A stretch of DNA of 64,000 bases from an uncultured Muribaculaceae bacterium (GCA_964567765.1 CAZMNZ010000001.1:60573-124572); one strand, 5' to 3'; shown: positions 39,943 to 49,836, counted from the first letter of the stretch. The notes: generated by a model from the sequence alone, not told the origin. Program-made: numbers and translations.

Positions 39943-41970
39943 ATGACTGGTTTCCTGGACTCTTTTTTCGGCTGGCCGACACTATTGCTGGCATTGATTC
40001 CCATCGCAATTCTCGTACGTTTGTGTGTGAGAACATCGCGGTGGTCCATACTGAAGGTTTCAGGCATATCCGTGTCCGGTATGCTGGTCCTATCGGTGTG
40101 GCTGTTCTATGCATCGGTCGTTACGGGGAGGAATCTCGGCGGAACACTCGGACGGGAGCTTGCGATGTGGTTGAGTGACAGGCTTGGTGATGCAGCTGTA
40201 TTCTATGGCGTCTCGGCTGCACTGCTTGCGTGGGTTGTTCTTGCAGGATTGGACTTCATCATTTCCGGTGCGAGATACTTCATCAACAAGCCGTATGTCA
40301 GGGAGATTGTTGTCGAGGTGGAGTCTGAAAAGGAACCTGAAAAGAAAAAGACTAAAAAGAAGACTCCGTCTCCGAAACCTGTGCCGGTGACGGATGAAAA
40401 GACTCCGACACCGTTGGCTGATGACCTGGCAGGCTTCAAGACTCCTTCAGAGGCTGTCCTCAAGGACAGGGCGGCAGATATTCATAAGGTTCCTGTCGAG
40501 GAAATCCGTAACAATATCCAGATAATCCGCGAGACCCTTTCAGACCACCACATCAGTGTGGTGGATATACAGGCGATCACGGGACCTACGGTTACGTTGT
40601 ATAAAGTGTTTCCGGACAAGGGTGTCAAGGTGGCATCGATCAGGAATCTTCATGAGGATCTTGCGGTGGCACTCCGGGTGGAGAGCATACGTGCTCTTAC
40701 CCTCAAGAACTCCGTAGGATTGGAGGTGGCCAACCAGACCCGTTCTATCGTACCGGTCAGAAAACTGGTTTCATCGACAGAGTTCAAAGAGACCAAGGCT
40801 GAACTGCCGATTGCCATGGGCTATACCGTTGACGGCAAGGTGAAGGTCTTTGACCTTGCCACCTGCCCTCATCTGCTGGTTGCCGGTGCTACACAGCAGG
40901 GTAAGTCTGTGGGGCTTAATGTCATTGTAGCTTCACTTCTTTATGCTAAGAGACCGTCCCAGCTGAAGATGGTCTTCATCGATCCTAAGGGAACGGAATT
41001 CAATACCTATAAGAGTCTGTACAGGCATTATCTTGCTGTCCTGCCAAATGCGTCCAATGATGAGGAGGAGATGGATGCTTCGATTGCCGTGATGCCGAAG
41101 GATGCGGACATGGTGCTCCGGTCCCTTTGCAAGGAGATGCAGGAGAGGTACAGCTTGATGAAACAGGCCGGTGCCACACCGGATATACAGACATATAACC
41201 GTAAGTTCAGGGAAAAGAAACTCAATCCGGTTAAGGGACACAGGTTCATGCCTTATATTGTGGCTGTAATCGACGAATATGCACAGCTAACCCTCGTGAC
41301 AAGCGTGAAGGCTGATGCAAAGAACGCGAGCCGAAACATAACGGCTTCCATAATCAGCCTCGCTCAGATGGGGCGTGCTGCCGGTATCCATGTGATCATC
41401 GCTACGCAGACCCCACGAAGGGATGTGATTTCCGGGATGATCAAGGCGAACTTCCCGACCATGATAGCATTCAAGGTCACTAACATGACTGACTCGCAGG
41501 TCATCCTCGACTCACCGGGTGCGGAGAAACTCATCGGAAGGGGAGACATGCTCTTTTCCCAGAGCGCGAGGATAGAGAGGATCCAGTCCGGCTATATAGG
41601 TCCTGAGGAGATAAAGTCCATGACCGATGCCATCGCCTCACAGACAGGAAAAGGGAAGTCATACGATATCCCGTACTACCTGCCGGAGGTGGAAGAAGAC
41701 GGAGAGGATAAGGAGGCAGATATGGTGGACATGAGGAGGCTGGATTCGAAGTTCGAGGAGGCCGCCAGGATGGTGGTCTCGACTCAGAGGGCTTCCACTT
41801 CCTATCTTCAGACCACACTGGGTATGGGCTTCGCCCGCTCGACCCGTGTCATGACACAACTGGAGGCTGCAGGCATTGTGAGCGCTCAGGACAAGTCAAA
41901 GAACCGCGAGGTGTTGGTCTCTACCCTTGAAGAACTCGACAGGATACTTGTCGCATATAAGAACAACTGA
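39943..41970 (+). CDS. FtsK/SpoIIIE DNA translocase with gamma domain
   Basis: GPTVTLY, PHLLVAGATQQGKS, IDPK, IDEYA, GAEKLIGRGDML, ASTSYLQ..LGMGF. Confidence 0.92.
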   Translation: MTGFLDSFFGWPTLLLALIPIAILVRLCVRTSRWSILKVSGISVSGMLVLSVWLFYASVVTGRNLGGTLGRELAMWLSDRLGDAAVFYGVSAALLAWVVLAGLDFIISGARYFINKPYVREIVVEVESEKEPEKKKTKKKTPSPKPVPVTDEKTPTPLADDLAGFKTPSEAVLKDRAADIHKVPVEEIRNNIQIIRETLSDHHISVVDIQAITGPTVTLYKVFPDKGVKVASIRNLHEDLAVALRVESIRALTLKNSVGLEVANQTRSIVPVRKLVSSTEFKETKAELPIAMGYTVDGKVKVFDLATCPHLLVAGATQQGKSVGLNVIVASLLYAKRPSQLKMVFIDPKGTEFNTYKSLYRHYLAVLPNASNDEEEMDASIAVMPKDADMVLRSLCKEMQERYSLMKQAGATPDIQTYNRKFREKKLNPVKGHRFMPYIVAVIDEYAQLTLVTSVKADAKNASRNITASIISLAQMGRAAGIHVIIATQTPRRDVISGMIKANFPTMIAFKVTNMTDSQVILDSPGAEKLIGRGDMLFSQSARIERIQSGYIGPEEIKSMTDAIASQTGKGKSYDIPYYLPEVEEDGEDKEADMVDMRRLDSKFEEAARMVVSTQRASTSYLQTTLGMGFARSTRVMTQLEAAGIVSAQDKSKNREVLVSTLEELDRILVAYKNN

Positions 41971-41989
41971 TAACTAAAAATAACAGACG

Positions 41990-42751
41990 ATGGAGTATAG
42001 GTACAATAAACTGCCCGAAATGGGGAAGGAACATTCGCGCAAACACCTTGTGGTCCTGACAGGTGCAGGAATAAGTGTGGAGAGCGGTCTTACGACTTTC
42101 AGGAAATCTGCTGACAGCATGTGGGGTAAGTATGACTTTCAGAAACTGGCCAGTGTGGGATGTTTTCAGGAGGACCCCGGGGCAGTGCTGGATTTCTACA
42201 ACATGCGTCGCAGACGTCTTCTTGAGGTCGAACCCAACCATGCCCACAATCTGCTTGTCGAGCTTGAGAAATGGCATGATGTGACAGTGATAACTCAGAA
42301 TGTTGACAATCTTCACGAACGTGCAGGCAGCAGCAATGTGATTCACCTGCACGGAGAGCTGACTAAGGTCACCTCATCAATGCATAGGAATGATTCTGCC
42401 TGTGTCAGAGAACTTCCGTTGGATGTCCCTATCCGTATGGGGGACAAGGCTGCGGATGGTTCGCAGCTTCGTCCGTATGTGGTCTGGTTCGGTGAGTTTG
42501 TAAACAACTATGAGATGGCTGCAAGGGTAGTCAGGAACGCTGACATCTTTGTGGTCATCGGAACATCACTGACGGTGACACCGGCAGCAGATCTGATCAA
42601 GTGCCCTCGTTATGGTGTGCCGAAATTTATTATTGATCCTTGCGAGCCGTTTGACCCATACGATGACAACTATCCAGAGGGCTATGTGCATATTCGTGAG
42701 AAGGCGACTTATGGAATGGAGACGTTAATCGACCGTATGATGGCATTGTAA
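41990..42751 (+). CDS. Sir2/CobB-family NAD-dependent deacylase
   Basis: GAGISVESG, TQNVDNLHERAG, HLHG, LRPYVVWFGE, GTS. Confidence 0.92.
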   Translation: MEYRYNKLPEMGKEHSRKHLVVLTGAGISVESGLTTFRKSADSMWGKYDFQKLASVGCFQEDPGAVLDFYNMRRRRLLEVEPNHAHNLLVELEKWHDVTVITQNVDNLHERAGSSNVIHLHGELTKVTSSMHRNDSACVRELPLDVPIRMGDKAADGSQLRPYVVWFGEFVNNYEMAARVVRNADIFVVIGTSLTVTPAADLIKCPRYGVPKFIIDPCEPFDPYDDNYPEGYVHIREKATYGMETLIDRMMAL

Positions 42752-42830
42752 ACAGAATATGTGTAGATGTTACGCAAAATGTTTGGAATATTCATTTTCT
42801 TTCACTTACTTTGCGTAAAAATAACACATA

Positions 42831-43280
42831 ATGAATAAAGAAGTATATGCATACGATTATCCAAGGCCTGCTGTGACGACTGATTGTGTTGTGCTTTGCG
42901 AGGATTCGGATGGATTGTCGGTCCTGTTGATTGAAAGGGCTGATGAACCATACAAAGGTTGCTGGGCCTTACCTGGAGGGTTTTTGGAAATGGAGGAGGA
43001 TGGAGAAGCTTGCGCAATACGTGAACTCAAGGAAGAGACGGGGCTGCAGGTCGAACATATGAAACAGATCGGAGCATTTACAGAAGTTGACCGTGATCCT
43101 CGTGGCAGAACAATCAGCATTGCCTATTACGCTTTTGTTGAGAAGGCAGAGGTCAAAGGAGCTGATGATGCCGCTCAAGCAAAATGGTTCCCTGTGGATT
43201 CTGTTCCTGCATTGGCTTTCGACCACGATAAGATCCTTCGCCTGGCTCTCGAAGTGAATAGCGAGCAATACTATAAATAA
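42831..43280 (+). CDS. NUDIX hydrolase (ADP-ribose pyrophosphatase-like)
   Basis: PGG..E..E....A.RELKEETG, RDPRGR, LAFDH. Confidence 0.9.
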   Translation: MNKEVYAYDYPRPAVTTDCVVLCEDSDGLSVLLIERADEPYKGCWALPGGFLEMEEDGEACAIRELKEETGLQVEHMKQIGAFTEVDRDPRGRTISIAYYAFVEKAEVKGADDAAQAKWFPVDSVPALAFDHDKILRLALEVNSEQYYK

Positions 43281-43288
43281 TTTGGCAT

Positions 43289-44653
43289 ATGTATAACAGA
43301 AGATATACCCCAGAAAGAATAACTCATCTGAGGGAGAACGAGATATTTGTATTCGGAAGCAACCTTGCCGGTTCTCATGGTGGCGGTGCGGCACGTCAGG
43401 CATATAATTGTTTCGGAGCTGTCTGGGGCCAGGGTGTCGGTCTGCAGGGTCAGAGCTATGCTATCCCTACCATGCACGGAGGAGTAGAGGCGATCGAGCC
43501 TTATGTGGAGCAGTTCATGAATTATGCTTTTTCTCATCGGGAGTATACATTTCTGGTGACGAAGATAGGTTGCGGAATCGCAGCGTTTACACCTTATGAA
43601 ATTGCCCCTCTTTTCACAAAGGTTATTGATCTGGAGAATGTCATTCTTCCGAAAGAATTCGTGGAGATAATTCACAATAAGCCGTGTGTTTCAGGGATTC
43701 CGGCGTGGACTTGGGATTCTCGAAGCGACTTCCTTGATGAATATGATGCCTTGATGCCCAAGGCAAGCAAAGGTGATTCGATCAGTTATTACAAGATCAA
43801 GGAACTTCGGGCAAGGGAGTTTCGTAATACAGTCGAACTGGTCAATAACGGATTCTACTACACGGAGGATTCGGAAAGAATAGTACTGAAAGGCTATGAT
43901 GAGATGACCATCGGTACCCGTTTCTATTCTTCGGAGTTTTCTGTAATGGACATATGCACGGAGCGGTATTCAACTGTTGTAGAAGTGGTGAATGCTGATT
44001 GTCTTGAAGAAGGTCTCAGATTACTTGATCAAGGATATAATCCGGCTATTCTGAATATGGCCAGCCGGCAGAATCCGGGCGGCGGAGTTACTAAAGGTGC
44101 AGGTGCTCAGGAGGAAACAATATTCAGGCGTACCAATATTTTTCGGTCCTTATATCAGTTCGTCCCTTACTCAGGACAGTACGGAGTGAAGCAATCGCGC
44201 TTCCAATATCCTATGGACAGGAATTTCGGAGGTATATACTCACCTTCAGTAACTATCTTCAGAGAGAACGAAGCCCATGGCTATAAACTGATGTCTATGC
44301 CGAGAGATTTGGCATTCATTTCTGTTGCAGGGATGAACAGACCGAAGATTGATAAGCGAGGGATGATTGATGAAGCATTGGTGGAACCTGTAAAGAACAA
44401 GATGAGGACAATCTTCAGGCTCGGACTGAAGCATGGGCATGATTCTCTTGTGCTTGGAGCATTGGGATGCGGTGCATTCTGTAATCCTCCCGAACATATA
44501 GCCCGACTTTTTCATGAAGTTATGAAGGAGCCGGAGTTTGCCAATAAGTATAAACTCATTGTTTTTGCGATTTTGGAAGATCATAATTCCCATAGGAGAC
44601 ATAATTCTGAGGGTAACTATATTCCATTCAAACGTGAGTTTGAGAATCTATAA
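43289..44653 (+). CDS. EIFVFGSN (macro-like) domain fused to TIGR02452 bacterial PARG-type macrodomain
   Basis: EIFVFGSNLAGSHGGGAA, GCGIA; LNMAS..PGGG....GAQEE, LGALGCGAF.NPP. Confidence 0.85.
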   Translation: MYNRRYTPERITHLRENEIFVFGSNLAGSHGGGAARQAYNCFGAVWGQGVGLQGQSYAIPTMHGGVEAIEPYVEQFMNYAFSHREYTFLVTKIGCGIAAFTPYEIAPLFTKVIDLENVILPKEFVEIIHNKPCVSGIPAWTWDSRSDFLDEYDALMPKASKGDSISYYKIKELRAREFRNTVELVNNGFYYTEDSERIVLKGYDEMTIGTRFYSSEFSVMDICTERYSTVVEVVNADCLEEGLRLLDQGYNPAILNMASRQNPGGGVTKGAGAQEETIFRRTNIFRSLYQFVPYSGQYGVKQSRFQYPMDRNFGGIYSPSVTIFRENEAHGYKLMSMPRDLAFISVAGMNRPKIDKRGMIDEALVEPVKNKMRTIFRLGLKHGHDSLVLGALGCGAFCNPPEHIARLFHEVMKEPEFANKYKLIVFAILEDHNSHRRHNSEGNYIPFKREFENL

Positions 44654-44679
44654 TCCTTTATGAAGAATCAATACAGATT

Positions 44680-45738
44680 ATGATACCATATAAAGACAGA
44701 ATACGTGGTTCATTGATAGGAGGGGCGATAGGAGACGCTCTGGGTTATGCTGTAGAATTCGATAACTACGGTGCTATAGTTCATAATTACGGACCCAAAG
44801 GAATTTGCCGTTATGATATGCATAGCAATTGGGGTGGATATGACGGATCAGACTGTAAAGCTCTGATATCGGATGATACACAGATGACCTTGTTTACTGC
44901 ATGCGGTATCCTGAATGCCCGAAAGACTGGCAGGCAGATCATCCATAGCATATGCTCTGCATACATTGAGTGGTATCACACCCAGACAGGAAAATCCGCA
45001 AAGAAGCCGATGGACTGTTGGATCAAGACGCTTCCGGAAATGAATCAGTTGCGTGCTCCGGGAAACACATGCATGTCCTCCCTCTATGCAATCAGCAACG
45101 GCCACGCACCTCATAATGACAGCAAAGGATGTGGTGGAGTCATGAGAGTAGCGCCAGTCGCACTGTATGGACTTGGTGAAGGGCGATTCTCGGATATTGA
45201 AGAGATGGATAAGGTTGCAGCGGATGCGGCAGAGATGACGCACCAGCACCCCCTGGGATATATACCTGCGGCACTGATGGCGCATGTGGTCTACCGGCTT
45301 GCGACAGATGATGCTCCTACCCGTGATGCTCTCGTGGTATATGTTGAAGAAGGTCTTGCTATGTTGGACCGACTCTTCTCAAGCCATGCCGGTGATATGG
45401 GCTATATGAGGATGCTTGTAAAGAAGGCTTTCACTTTTGCAGCATCGGATTTGCCGGACCATGAGGCAATCGAACTTATCGGTGGTGGTTGGGTAGGTGA
45501 TGAAGCCTTGGCGATTGCTCTGTATTGTGCTCTAAAATATTTTGATGACTTCGAGAATGCGATGATTGCTGCCGTGAACCACTCTGGAGACAGTGATTCG
45601 ACAGGTGCAGTGACAGGCAACATTCTTGGAGCCGCACTGGGGTACGATGCCCTGCCGGAGTTCTATAAGAAAGACCTTGAACTTCATGATGTGATACTTG
45701 CTGTAGCGGATGACCTATGGCAAGGAAAGAGAGGGTAG
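44680..45738 (+). CDS. ADP-ribosylglycohydrolase (ARH/DraG family)
   Basis: GDALG, SDDTQMT, GCGGVMR, GDSDSTG. Confidence 0.93.
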   Translation: MIPYKDRIRGSLIGGAIGDALGYAVEFDNYGAIVHNYGPKGICRYDMHSNWGGYDGSDCKALISDDTQMTLFTACGILNARKTGRQIIHSICSAYIEWYHTQTGKSAKKPMDCWIKTLPEMNQLRAPGNTCMSSLYAISNGHAPHNDSKGCGGVMRVAPVALYGLGEGRFSDIEEMDKVAADAAEMTHQHPLGYIPAALMAHVVYRLATDDAPTRDALVVYVEEGLAMLDRLFSSHAGDMGYMRMLVKKAFTFAASDLPDHEAIELIGGGWVGDEALAIALYCALKYFDDFENAMIAAVNHSGDSDSTGAVTGNILGAALGYDALPEFYKKDLELHDVILAVADDLWQGKRG

Positions 45739-45819
45739 GCAAGAATTTTATAAGGTGCTAGGCACCTTATATTTTGGCCTCATTATAATTTGCGTAATAA
45801 TCACACAAAAACATTATTT

Positions 45820-46263
45820 ATGAAAGATTTGATCAAGAAACTATTCGGTAAGGATGCCGTGAAACCGTCTCAAAGCAATGTTACTCCTGTATGGATAACG
45901 ACTCTCAAGGAAAATGAAATCTTCGTCTTTGGCTGCCGTAATTCGGGGAGGCATTGGGATGGGGCATCAGCCTTTGCTTTGGAAAATTTCGGTGCAATAA
46001 TGGGTCAAAGAGAAGGACGACAGGGACAGTCGTATGCCATACCGACTATTGGTGGAGTTATTGATTTGAAAGAGATTCACGAATCTGTGAAGACCTTTAC
46101 AAGATATGCTGCCGAACACCCTGAACTTCACTTCCTTGTGACTCCTATTGGATGTGGAGGCGGTTGCAGGAGTCCTCGTGAGATCGCTCCGATGTTCCGG
46201 GACGCCGCTAAACTGCCCAATGTCAGTCTGCCACGAGTATTTTGGGACATATTAAACAGATAA
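45820..46263 (+). CDS. Stand-alone EIFVFG (macro-like) domain protein
   Basis: Paralog of the N-terminal domain of 43289..44653: EIFVFG, QGQSYAIPT, FLVTPIGCG. Confidence 0.8.
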   Translation: MKDLIKKLFGKDAVKPSQSNVTPVWITTLKENEIFVFGCRNSGRHWDGASAFALENFGAIMGQREGRQGQSYAIPTIGGVIDLKEIHESVKTFTRYAAEHPELHFLVTPIGCGGGCRSPREIAPMFRDAAKLPNVSLPRVFWDILNR

Positions 46264-46278
46264 CTTGAATTGTTCGCT

Positions 46279-47202
46279 ATGTTGAAGATAATTACAGATA
46301 AGAGTGCCTACCAGTTCTCGCCCGAACTGGCAACGGACACTGTCAGTTATGATTTGCCCCTCACACTCTTTGGCAAGCAGTGGTTCATTATGGATGACTA
46401 CTGGATGAAGCATGTTCATCTGAAGATTACCGATCGCTGCAATGCCGCTTGTCCGTTCTGCATCGAGCAGAACTCCCATATCAGAGAGAACAAGGAACAG
46501 TTCCTGGCAAATGTCGGCCGTCTGCTCGATGAGATGGATGCTCAGGGACATCTGGCTACGGTATCGATTACTGGTGGTGAGCCAGCGCTATGCGACTATG
46601 TGAGTGAGGTGGTGGATATGGTTAAGAGGCACAACTGCTTCCTGAATATCAACACCAACTTCAGCCGATTTATCGTAAGTAATCTTCAACCGAGTTGGCT
46701 CAACATCTCGTGCCACACACTTGGCAAAGATGATTATTGCCACCTTGCCGAATTGCAAGCGGAACGCATCGCCGAGTATCGTCGAATGAACCCCGACACA
46801 AAGATTCGCATCCAGTGCGTACTTCACGGGAAGGGATTGCAGAGCATAGAGGAAATGCTGGCATTTATGGAACACTACAAGGGTTGCGTTGACGATTTCA
46901 GTTTTCGCCGACTGATTACCCTCGACAAACCAGCCGAAGATGATTTGTTGCAACAGTTCAAGCACTACCTTTTCGACAATGCCGAACTCATTGAGCAGGT
47001 CTTGAAGGATTACTATGTATATGAAACGTGGCGACTGAATGGTACGCTCATCACCCTCTCGCACAGCAATATGGGACTGCTGCGCCGTATGGAGGAGAAC
47101 GAACCCGACAACCTGCTGCGCGAGATTGTTGTACACCCCGACGGGCATATCTCTGGCAGTTGGTATCGTAATCGAAAAGTAATTTGTTCGGCAGAGAGAT
47201 AG
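46279..47202 (+). CDS. Radical SAM protein
   Basis: CNAACPFC, ITGGEP. Confidence 0.88.
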   Translation: MLKIITDKSAYQFSPELATDTVSYDLPLTLFGKQWFIMDDYWMKHVHLKITDRCNAACPFCIEQNSHIRENKEQFLANVGRLLDEMDAQGHLATVSITGGEPALCDYVSEVVDMVKRHNCFLNINTNFSRFIVSNLQPSWLNISCHTLGKDDYCHLAELQAERIAEYRRMNPDTKIRIQCVLHGKGLQSIEEMLAFMEHYKGCVDDFSFRRLITLDKPAEDDLLQQFKHYLFDNAELIEQVLKDYYVYETWRLNGTLITLSHSNMGLLRRMEENEPDNLLREIVVHPDGHISGSWYRNRKVICSAER

Positions 47203-47245
47203 ATTACGCTCAATTTAGGACTCTATACCATAAAGCGAATTGTAA

Positions 47246-47860
47246 ATGGATGAGAAAAAGATAATTATCAACGGCCACGAAGCGGTGGATTTGGGGTTGA
47301 GCGTCAAGTGGGCGACCTGCAATATAGGTGCTGAGTCCCCAGAGGAATATGGTGGCTACTATGCTTGGGGTGAAACGGAGGAAAAATCTAACTATAATTG
47401 GTCTACTTACAAGTGGTGTGACGGCAGTTATAACAGTATAACCAAGTATTGCACTGACAGCTGTTACGGAAGGGTTGATAACAAGACCGTTCTTGACCCT
47501 GAGGACGATGTCGCCCACGTAAAGTGGGGTGGCAATTGGCGTATGCCCACTTTGGATGAAATCAAGGAACTCCTTGAAATGTGTACTTGGGAGTGGACTA
47601 AGCTGAATGGTGTTGGTGGTCAGAAGGTCACCGCTCCCAACGGTAATAGTATCTTCCTCCCTGCGACGGGTAGTCGCTATGGCTCAGACTCTGCCTGCGG
47701 CGGCCGTGGCTCGGACGGCAAATACCAATCTAGCACATTGCACGAGAACCGTAGCGACGACGCTGGCAGTCTCTACACTTGTAGTGCCATCATGTGGAAT
47801 ATGAGGTCATACGGATCGCGCATCTACGGCTACGCTGTTCGCCCCGTTACAGATAAATAG
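47246..47860 (+). CDS. CLec/DUF1566-like protein (paralog 1)
   Basis: GHEAVDLGLSVKWATCNIGA, WRMPT..E, SIFLPA, C-terminal VRPV. Confidence 0.8.
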   Translation: MDEKKIIINGHEAVDLGLSVKWATCNIGAESPEEYGGYYAWGETEEKSNYNWSTYKWCDGSYNSITKYCTDSCYGRVDNKTVLDPEDDVAHVKWGGNWRMPTLDEIKELLEMCTWEWTKLNGVGGQKVTAPNGNSIFLPATGSRYGSDSACGGRGSDGKYQSSTLHENRSDDAGSLYTCSAIMWNMRSYGSRIYGYAVRPVTDK

Positions 47861-47868
47861 ATTGCGAA

Positions 47869-48447
47869 ATGGAGAAGAACATAATTATCAACGGTCACGA
47901 AGCAGTGGATTTGGGGCTGAGTGTCAAGTGGGCAACCTGCAATATAGGTGCAAGCAAACCCGAAGAATACGGTGATTACTTCGCGTTTGGGGAGACAGAA
48001 CCGAAGGACGAATATACGGAAGAAAACTATATACTCTATGGCATACCTCATGGGGAAGCATATATTGACATTGGAAAAATAATCTCAGGAACGGAATACG
48101 ATGCAGCAAGCAAACAATGGGGAGATGAATGGCGAATGCCTACTGAAGAAGAATTATATGAACTACTTAGTTACTGTTCGTGGCAGTGGATTACCATAAA
48201 TGGTATCAATGGTTATAAAGTTGTTGGACCAATCGGCAATAGTATTTTTCTTCCGGCAGCAGGCTCCTCTGATCCTGAATATCCAGAATATAGTGAATGT
48301 GGATATTATTGGACTGGTTCCTTTAGTGACGAAGATTGCCATTGGGATGCTCTGTGTTTTCAATTTAACGAATTCGAATTTGGTGATTACAGCTCTTACG
48401 CAAATCTATACGAAGGTCTTACTATTCGCCCCGTAACAGATAAATAG
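47869..48447 (+). CDS. CLec/DUF1566-like protein (paralog 2)
   Basis: Same motifs as 47246..47860; ends IRPVTDK. Confidence 0.8.
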   Translation: MEKNIIINGHEAVDLGLSVKWATCNIGASKPEEYGDYFAFGETEPKDEYTEENYILYGIPHGEAYIDIGKIISGTEYDAASKQWGDEWRMPTEEELYELLSYCSWQWITINGINGYKVVGPIGNSIFLPAAGSSDPEYPEYSECGYYWTGSFSDEDCHWDALCFQFNEFEFGDYSSYANLYEGLTIRPVTDK

Positions 48448-48471
48448 AGTATGATTATTACAGATAAAAAT

Positions 48472-48575
48472 GGGCATATTTCCGAAGAGACCATTAGAAA
48501 GTACATTGAGAATCAAAAGAAGGTTTAGTTCGCTTTCTTCCCCCGCCTGAAGACAGAGGCTCTCCCGCTCACCTT
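48472..48575 (+). mobile_element. IS200/IS605 remnant (tnpA 3' end and decayed right end)
   Basis: GHISEETIRKYIENQK* followed by GCTTTCTTCCCCCGCCTGAAGACAGAGGCTCTCCCGC. Confidence 0.7.
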
Positions 48576-48881
48576 ATCGTAGAGCTGTGCGAACGGATGG
48601 AGGATTAGGTTTTAAAAAGTTACTAGTTTAATAAAGGCAGGTGGAGCGTGATAGATGCGGGTGATGGTACAAGCTTTAAGAGCAGTTCGTGTACTTATAA
48701 TGTGGGTTGTAACTGTAGCGGATTTGAACCCTTGGGCACATATGCTCCGGAAAAGTTTTTCTGTAAAAAAATGTAGGCATCAGAAAAAATATCACCATTA
48801 ATAATTCCCTGCATGGAAAAGAATATACGGCGGCCTTGATGAAAGTCTCATCAAGGCTTTTTTGTTGTAAGCGAGGCATGG

Positions 48882-49084
48882 TTGCCCTTTCCCCGAAGGA
48901 ACGTGATGTGTCGCGAAGGTATGTAACGTGGGGCATCTACCAATGCACCATGCTCGCACTTCTCGCATATGTCTTCACAGAAATAGACACTCCCTTCGGA
49001 GCATCGATTTCTCCTTGACTGCCTTGTCCGTTTCCCACGTTCACCTTCTGTTTGCTCGACATCACGGCCCTCCGAAAAAGGTAG
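48882..49084. promoter_or_regulatory. Long-hairpin element E (candidate ssDNA promoter)
   Basis: CGTGATGT..CG / CGACATCACG, GAAGG / CCTTC, AACGTGGG / CCCACGTT; minus strand TTG-N19-TACCTTCG. Confidence 0.6.
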
Positions 49085-49132
49085 GTGGGAACGTGATGAA
49101 CTGAAGTTCAATCTCTAAAATTCCAGAATGAT

Positions 49133-49825
49133 ATGGAGAACAGCAAGCAGGTCCAGCAGGACAATGAGAATCTCTCGATCTATGACAAGGTCAGGTCAGT
49201 ACCTAAGGAGGCCATGACCGAAATAGACGGAGGACGACTTAAGGGAAACAGCAGCATCACCCCGATGTGGAGGATAAAGAAACTCACGGAGGTGTTCGGC
49301 CCTGTGGGTTTCGGATGGTATACTGAGGTGATTAAGACATGGACGGAAGCCAACGAGAATGGTGAAGTCGCGGTATTCGTGGACATCAATCTTTATGTGA
49401 TGAAGGACGGTGAATGGAGCAAGCCGATCTATGGCACCGGTGGCAACAAGCTTATCGCCAATGAAAGGAAATATGACAACGGTCAGACCGTATATGTCCC
49501 GTATCTGGACGACGATGCCTATAAGAAGGCATATACAGATGCCATTAGCGTTGCGGCCAAGGCTCTTGGTGTAGGTGCTGATGTCTATTTCGAGAATGAC
49601 AGGGACAAGTATTCTTCCCAGAAAGGATACTCGTCCGAAACATCACAGCAGGCTCCGTCTAAGCCGATCCTTTCCTCAAAGGGCAAATCCTGGAAGGCTG
49701 CGGTAGCCTTTACGGCATCGCAGAACGACAGTGCGGATGTGATTTCCCAGAAGATAAGGGACAAGTACACCATCACGGACGAAGATCTAGAACTTCTCCT
49801 CAAGCAGTCAGGCAAGAAATCCTAA
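49133..49825 (+). CDS. Rad52/Sak-like ssDNA annealing protein
   Basis: ITPMWRIKKLTEVFGPVGFGW, DDAYKKAYTDAISVAAKALGVGADVY. Confidence 0.8.
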   Translation: MENSKQVQQDNENLSIYDKVRSVPKEAMTEIDGGRLKGNSSITPMWRIKKLTEVFGPVGFGWYTEVIKTWTEANENGEVAVFVDINLYVMKDGEWSKPIYGTGGNKLIANERKYDNGQTVYVPYLDDDAYKKAYTDAISVAAKALGVGADVYFENDRDKYSSQKGYSSETSQQAPSKPILSSKGKSWKAAVAFTASQNDSADVISQKIRDKYTITDEDLELLLKQSGKKS

Positions 49826-49836
49826 TCACTTACGAT

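Noticed and set aside
39903..39943. Extra A after ATG 39903 that removes 13 codons from the FtsK N-terminus
   Set aside because: Most simply a single-base indel or assembly error; also a caution for the other frameshift claims
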